From a virus, in IMG/VR virus record IMGVR_UViG_3300035670_000044, positions 63,397-127,396 of that record: a stretch of 64,000 nt of DNA; one strand, 5' to 3'. Positions 58,678 through 64,000 of this stretch are shown here, in pieces. The first letter of the stretch is position 1, and every line of letters begins with the position of its first letter. The notes under the pieces were generated by a model that was given only the letters and a program-made list of their open reading frames with translations, did not search any database and was not told where the DNA came from. The translations under genes were made by a program, and so were the position numbers.

Positions 58678-58804
58678 GAAACATGGCTTACCTGAAACGC
58701 TATCCACTACCGACCAATAAGTCCGAAGGAGGGTGTTCCAGGACAAAGTCCCGCAAAGCGTAGTTACGTGCTATACTGATCTTCACCAACTCTCTCCCCT
58801 CACC

Positions 58805-59158
58805 ATGCTCACCACGATTCTGTATGTCTTTACCTTCACGAGCTGGGGATTCGGACTGTTGGCTGCCTTGACCGCATTGTCCATGAAGCTGCAGGAACAC
58901 GGAATCCGGATGCGTGGGATGTCTCTAGAGGTTGAATCGGACGCTCTCGAGCTATCTGGCAAGCAGGCGTTCGTCAATCGGATTTCAGGGGGGCGAGTTT
59001 CACGTCCTATCCCAGACGAGCTCAAGAAACTCATGGAGAACAGCCCTGAGCATCCCGAGGTAAACGAGATCGACGGAGACGACGAGGTTTACGGGGTTGT
59101 GTTCAAGTCCCACTCCTATCCTCCATCAATGGACCCCGAAGACGATGACAACGAGTAG
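58805..59158 (+). CDS. Membrane-anchored hypothetical protein (holin candidate)
   Basis: N-terminal hydrophobic helix; overlaps the endolysin start; TGCTATACT at 58769-58777. Confidence 0.5.
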   Translation: MLTTILYVFTFTSWGFGLLAALTALSMKLQEHGIRMRGMSLEVESDALELSGKQAFVNRISGGRVSRPIPDELKKLMENSPEHPEVNEIDGDDEVYGVVFKSHSYPPSMDPEDDDNE

Positions 59159-60443
59159 AAACAACAACGACATCCCCAAGTGCGGCGTAGAGCTGATTAA
59201 ACGGTTCGAGGAATGTGAGCTGAAGGCGTATCCGGACCCGAAGACCGGTGGTGCACCATGGACCATCGGTTGGGGTAGCACGAGGTGGATGGATGGCAGC
59301 CCCGTTAAGCCGGGTCAGACCATAACCGCCGCCGAAGCCGACACCCTTCTGGACGACTCCTTGAGGGGGTTTTTCTGGCCACGTATCCGCCTCATACCCC
59401 ACTTCGCCGACATGTCAGACGAGCAACGTGGTGCGTTGCTGTCCTTTGCGTACAACCTGGGCGAGGGGTTCTATGGGGCGGAGGGGTTTACCACTATCAG
59501 CCGGCTCCTCCGAAACAAAGACTGGGACAAAGTCCCTGACGCACTGGTGCTGTACCGGGACCCCGGCTCAGAGGTTGAAGCTGGCCTGAAACGGCGCAGG
59601 GTGGCGGAAGGCGCCCTGTGGACCTATGGCCTACAGAAATTCAAATCGGAAAAACGCATCATCACTGCCAAGCAGGACACCCTGCTGAAGAAAGAGCCGC
59701 TGCAGGCATTCGAGTTGTCCGAGAAGGCCAAGGTCAGTGTGGAGCGGGGTCGTTCGTACACCATTATCGACAGTCTCGATGAGGGGAGCCATACCCGTGT
59801 CACCCTCGACCACAGCGCTGGGGTGTGGTACATATACACACCCCACTGGGATATTTCCGTACCTGGACAGCCTGTAACCCCTCCGACCGGGAACCAAATT
59901 CTGCTGAATGTCCCCTATTATACCCAACTCGATTCGGCAACGTCTCAAGCCCAACGCATGTGTTTCTCGTCGTCATGCGCTATGGCTGCCGAGTACCTTA
60001 AGCCAGGTTGTCTGGGTGGTGGACGCAATGCCGACGACGTATATTTAAGGGCAGTAATGAAACACGGAGACACCACTAACCCGATCGCCCAGGTCCGAAC
60101 CCTAGCCGACCTCGGCATCACAGCAGTATATCGTCAAAACCTCGGACGTCAAGACATCATCGACCAGCTCCGCAAGGGTATTCCGGTCCCGGTTGGTTAT
60201 CTCCATAAAGGCCCGGTAGGACGACCGACAGGTGGTGGACACTGGTGCACCATTGTTGGTATCGATCTGGAAAAGTCTCAATACATTGTCAACGATCCGT
60301 GGGGGGAGGGTGACATGGTATATGGGGGGTTTGTAGGTAGCCAGAACGGCTCCAGGGTCAGGTATTCTTTCCGGAATTTCGAAAAGCGCTGGATGGTCGA
60401 AGGTCCAAAGACCGGTTGGGGTCTGATCCTTGTCAAGCCTTAG
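59145..60443 (+). CDS. Endolysin: GH24 lysozyme + C39-like peptidase
   Basis: LIKRFE...L.AY.DP..WTIGWGST, ALLSFAYNLG, GL.RRR.AE; VPYY.Q.D..CFSSSCAM..GGHW..VNDPWG. Confidence 0.9.
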   Translation: MTTSRNNNDIPKCGVELIKRFEECELKAYPDPKTGGAPWTIGWGSTRWMDGSPVKPGQTITAAEADTLLDDSLRGFFWPRIRLIPHFADMSDEQRGALLSFAYNLGEGFYGAEGFTTISRLLRNKDWDKVPDALVLYRDPGSEVEAGLKRRRVAEGALWTYGLQKFKSEKRIITAKQDTLLKKEPLQAFELSEKAKVSVERGRSYTIIDSLDEGSHTRVTLDHSAGVWYIYTPHWDISVPGQPVTPPTGNQILLNVPYYTQLDSATSQAQRMCFSSSCAMAAEYLKPGCLGGGRNADDVYLRAVMKHGDTTNPIAQVRTLADLGITAVYRQNLGRQDIIDQLRKGIPVPVGYLHKGPVGRPTGGGHWCTIVGIDLEKSQYIVNDPWGEGDMVYGGFVGSQNGSRVRYSFRNFEKRWMVEGPKTGWGLILVKP

Positions 60444-60550
60444 TGTTTCGGTAATCCGAATATTGTAGTTTCGGTTCCCCGACCCACAATACTGGGCAGT
60501 TCCGTGTAAAGTCATGTAGTACATTTGTACTTTACTACTCACGTACTTCC

Positions 60551-60946
60551 ATGCTTACCACACTTTCCCGAATCCTGTCCGAAGAATCCCTTCTCCGCCC
60601 CGCCCTTTTCTCTACCATCCCCGCGACCAAAAGCTCCAACCCGATCCGATACAACGTCAGGGTCGACGAGGCTGACAACAGCGCGGTGTACGAAGTTGCG
60701 CTGCCGGGATACGGCAAGTCGGATGTCGAAGTCCGGTATTCAGCCAACAGGCTGACGATCTCGAGCGATAAGTCGGACCGGGATGAGTCCGGGTACGTGG
60801 TCCAGACATTTGCCAAACGTCCCTTCTCCCTCTCCTGGTCTGTTTTGGACGCGAAGGTCGCCTCAGCCACCATGGTTGACGGAGTCCTTCGGGTCGTTAT
60901 GTCAAGGGACGATAACAGAACCTCTGAACTCATCCCGGTCACCTGA
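60551..60946 (+). CDS. Small heat-shock protein (Hsp20)
   Basis: RYNV..EVALPGY.K.DVEV..LTI..R.F..SW..V.SA.M.DGVL.V. Confidence 0.88.
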   Translation: MLTTLSRILSEESLLRPALFSTIPATKSSNPIRYNVRVDEADNSAVYEVALPGYGKSDVEVRYSANRLTISSDKSDRDESGYVVQTFAKRPFSLSWSVLDAKVASATMVDGVLRVVMSRDDNRTSELIPVT

Positions 60947-60983
60947 GTCGTGTGCTAGGCTTCTCACAGGTACACAACCAACA

Positions 60984-61988
60984 ATGCTCACGATCAACCT
61001 GTCCGAAGCCAGCAAGCACCTTAACTCCATCATTCGCGGGGGTATGAAAACCTCCGTGATGATGTGGGGAGCCCCTGGAATCGGCAAGAGCTCTATCGTC
61101 AACGCGGTGGCCAAAGAAAATGACATGGAGGTAATCGATGTCCGGCTTAGCCAGCTTGCCCCAACCGACCTCCGGGGTCTCCCGTACGTGGAGGGTGGAT
61201 CCGCCCACTTCGCCCCTCCCAGCTTCCTCCCGCAATCCGGACGTGGCATCCTGTTCCTGGACGAAATCAACCTGGCCCCCCCAGCCGTCCAGAATGTCGG
61301 TATGCAGCTTGTGCTTGACCGACGAGTAGGCGACTACGTACTCCCAGACGACTGGTTCGTGATTGCTGCTGGTAACCGTGTTGAGGACCGGGCTGCTGTA
61401 TCCCAAATGCCCGCCCCTCTGGCTAACCGCTTCATCCACTTCACAATCGAGCATGACCTGGGGTCGTGGAAAGAGTACGCGTTGACGACTGGTGTCAAGG
61501 AGGAGATCATCTCGTTCCTGAACTTCCGTCCTACCCTTCTGCACTCTTTCAACAAAAACGCAATCGCCTGGCCAAGTCCTCGTTCCTGGGACTTCGCTTC
61601 TGACCTGATGAAGATCGGTCTTCCGGTAGATTCCGCTGTTGGTGAAGGAGCAGCCGCTGAGTTCAAGAACTTCGTGAAGATCTACAGCAAACTTCCGGAT
61701 GTCGAGAAGGTTCTGGCTGGCGACAAGTCAGTCAAGATGCCCAAGGAACCATCCATCTTGTTCGCTATCACTGGCGCTCTGGTAAACCGCTCTGAAACCG
61801 CCGACAACTTCTTTAACGGCATGATGTGGCTCATCGACGCCGCCACTGAGGACTACGTTGGGGTGTATATGTCGGACGCTCTGGTTCGGATGAAGAGCAT
61901 GGGAGTCCAGGGAGCCTTTATCTCGAAGGTGACCAAGAGCCCCGAGGCCAAGAAATTTGTGGCCAAGTACCAGGAGCTTCTTCGGTAG
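60984..61988 (+). CDS. MoxR-like AAA+ ATPase
   Basis: WGAPGIGKS, DLRGLP, LFLDEIN, AAGNR, PLANRF, SPRSW; TGCTAGGCT at 60953-60961; ATG 60984. Confidence 0.9.
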   Translation: MLTINLSEASKHLNSIIRGGMKTSVMMWGAPGIGKSSIVNAVAKENDMEVIDVRLSQLAPTDLRGLPYVEGGSAHFAPPSFLPQSGRGILFLDEINLAPPAVQNVGMQLVLDRRVGDYVLPDDWFVIAAGNRVEDRAAVSQMPAPLANRFIHFTIEHDLGSWKEYALTTGVKEEIISFLNFRPTLLHSFNKNAIAWPSPRSWDFASDLMKIGLPVDSAVGEGAAAEFKNFVKIYSKLPDVEKVLAGDKSVKMPKEPSILFAITGALVNRSETADNFFNGMMWLIDAATEDYVGVYMSDALVRMKSMGVQGAFISKVTKSPEAKKFVAKYQELLR

Positions 61989-62010
61989 ACTGAGGTTGTT
62001 ACTTAATGTC

Positions 62011-62037
62011 AGCGGGGGCTTTGTCCCCCGCTTTTTT
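62011..62037 (+). terminator. Intrinsic terminator
   Basis: AGCGGGGG-CTTTGT-CCCCCGC-T6. Confidence 0.85.
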
Positions 62038-62043
62038 ATTATT

Positions 62044-62820
62044 TCAGTCCCCTCTAAGTTGTTTTCTCCTAATCCAACCCTTATGGCGGGCTCTTATTCC
62101 ATTCTTTACATTACTTAGCTTTGAAACTAAAAGATTATCTTCTGGGTACCTTTTAGACAAATCCAAAGCACAAGTTTTCTCTACAACTCCATATTTTTCG
62201 TTATACCAATCTATTTCAATTACAACTCTCTTTTTATTTTCAAATCTTTTAAGTTTCCACTCTTCGGATTGTTTTTTATTATATTGTGGGTGATTTATCC
62301 CGCTATGTTTAAGCGACAAAATTCTCTTAGTTTCATCTGTATGCTTTTTTCCAAACCATGGGCTTTTCTCCCCTGTTTTCCCAAACATGTGATTTTTGTC
62401 CCCCCTTAGTCCATTCGATATACGGAGTTTTTCCTCTCCTGTTCGGGGTTTCCCATACTGGGGATGATTCTCCCAACTCATTCCTTTGGATATTTTTTCC
62501 CTGGTTTCCGTAGTTCTTTTGTATCCGGAAGGCCCTTGTCCACCATCTGATTTATTTCTTAGCACGGACCAACCTTCTTTAGTATCCAATCTACCATAAA
62601 ATCTAATTAGAAGCTTTTCAGCTTCAAATGCTAGTTTTTCTTCCGTAAATGTTTTTAGGATAATAATGTTTTTTGGGTTTTTTGGCTTCCTACAGGGTCT
62701 ACCAGTATCCTTGTATGGTCTATCTGGCCTCCCTTTGCCAATATAGTAATAAGTACCTTTTGCTCCGTTCTTACTACCCCTTTCTCTAACGTATGCGTAT
62801 ACAACGAACTGGGTGTCCAT
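62044..62820 (-). mobile_element. Free-standing GIY-YIG-type homing endonuclease
   Basis: Paralogue of 36136 (FVVYAY.R..GS.NG..YYIGKGRP.RPY..FYGR.DT.EGW..LRN..DGG); AT-rich. Confidence 0.85.
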
Positions 62821-62905
62821 GGGTAAACCTTCTATAAGTGTTCTTTATCATATCTTACACCAAGCCTGCCGTGGGGGGGGTGGGGTTACGTGCTATTCTG
62901 GTCAC

Positions 62906-64000
62906 ATGTCAACCCCATCCACCGTGGCAACCAGTCTGAAAGAGCGCATGACCAAGGCCAAGGTCAAGTTGCTGAAAAGGTCCCCGTTTTTCGGAACCCT
63001 GCTCCTCAATGCACCTTGGAGAGAGGACGAGTCAATTCCTACTGCCGCAACCGACGGCAAAGGTCTCATGTTCAATCCGAAGTTTATGGAAACCTTGAAC
63101 GAAAAGCAGGTGACTGGGATCGTGCTTCACGAACTTGGTCACGTTTTCCTTCAGCACGTACCAAGAATGAGGGACATATTCCGTCATGATCCAGTCTTGG
63201 CCAACATTGCGGCAGACATTGTGGTTAACGGGATTATTGACGACAACAGATTGGAGCTACCCGATGGAGCTGTCCGAGATGACAACCTAAAACATTTAAG
63301 TGTTCGTGAAGTGTATAGTGTGCTAAGACAAAAGCAGTCTGAAGATCCGAACTACGTGAAGAAAAAATTTGGAGTACCCTCAGTAAATGTCTGTTTGGTA
63401 GAGGGCAATGATGGTGATAGTGATAACCCTGATGACTCTAACGGTACATTTACCGACAATGACGGAGTTAAAGTTGAAGCACCTGACTGGAAAGATATAG
63501 TCAACAAAGCAGCTACTATTGCTCGGATGAAGAAGGCCGGTCCGGTCGGAGCTGCGATGGATCGGTTGTTCAAGGAGCTTCTCGAGCCAACTATCGATTG
63601 GCGCACCTTGCTGTATAAGTATGTCACGGAATGCCGGAACGACTTCGAAGGATACGATCGTCGATTTGCCCACAGGAACCTCTACCTCGACGACTTCAGT
63701 GGCACCACTGTCCATGTGCTTGTGTACATCGACGTTAGCGGAAGCATCAGCGATAAAATCCTCACAGACTTCATGTCCGAACTCCATGGTGCTGTGTCAG
63801 CCGTATCTTCCATTGCCGGCTCTGTCTACTGCTTTGACACTCGCCTCCACCCTGTCTGCGACATTGCCGACATTGCCACATCCTTCCGCCTGATCGGCGG
63901 CGGCGGCACCTCCTTCGACCCCATCATCTCCCACATCTCGGAGTACCGAGAAAACCACCAGGAAACCCCCGCCAGCTCCATCCTCCCGATCATCCTCACC
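62906..64000 (+). CDS. Metallopeptidase-like + VWA domain protein (DUF2201-type), 3'-truncated, not in ORF track
   Basis: Hand translation MSTPSTVATSLKERMTKAKVKLLKRSPFFGTL..TAATDG..FNP.F..HELGH..NIAADIVVN..IDW..IDVSGSIS..FDT..GGGGTSF. Confidence 0.88.
   Translation, partial: MSTPSTVATSLKERMTKAKVKLLKRSPFFGTLLLNAPWREDESIPTAATDGKGLMFNPKFMETLNEKQVTGIVLHELGHVFLQHVPRMRDIFRHDPVLANIAADIVVNGIIDDNRLELPDGAVRDDNLKHLSVREVYSVLRQKQSEDPNYVKKKFGVPSVNVCLVEGNDGDSDNPDDSNGTFTDNDGVKVEAPDWKDIVNKAATIARMKKAGPVGAAMDRLFKELLEPTIDWRTLLYKYVTECRNDFEGYDRRFAHRNLYLDDFSGTTVHVLVYIDVSGSISDKILTDFMSELHGAVSAVSSIAGSVYCFDTRLHPVCDIADIATSFRLIGGGGTSFDPIISHISEYRENHQETPASSILPIILT

Noticed and set aside
60783-60983. Extended N-termini in the ORF track (60783, 59097, 58733, 48240, 39154, 35031, 21818)
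   Set aside because: They overlap upstream genes or promoter boxes; downstream starts fit the domain boundaries better.
1-64000. Stop-codon reassignment
   Set aside because: Genes are full length in the standard code and all three stops end recognisable proteins.

Overview
This 64 kb window is a gene-dense part of a large contractile-tailed (myovirus-type) phage. The host is most likely a cyanobacterium: the window carries a Mo-nitro_C domain protein, a SigF-like sigma factor, PhoH, Hsp20 and cyanophage-type fibre and head modules. Genes include virion/baseplate/tail components, terminase large subunit, nucleotide metabolism (NrdA-Grx, NrdB, dUTPase, NMP kinase, thioredoxin), replication (SSB-like, 5'-3' exonuclease, SF3 helicase, primase-like), an endolysin, a MoxR/VWA pair and several free-standing homing endonucleases. 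I saw no tRNA, rRNA or CRISPR array. The strongest non-coding signal is a two-class promoter code. A 9-mer GTTGAAAGC (13 exact copies plus 1 variant, usually followed by N4-TAGA) sits about 30 nt upstream of virion-type genes. Extended -10 boxes (TGnTAnnnT, 12 copies) sit upstream of metabolism/replication genes, including the operon for a phage sigma factor with a degenerate region 4. A short peptide, [IV]PxGWxV, recurs in four unrelated small proteins and may be a capsid-targeting tag. All protein calls come from recognising motifs by eye; no database search was run.
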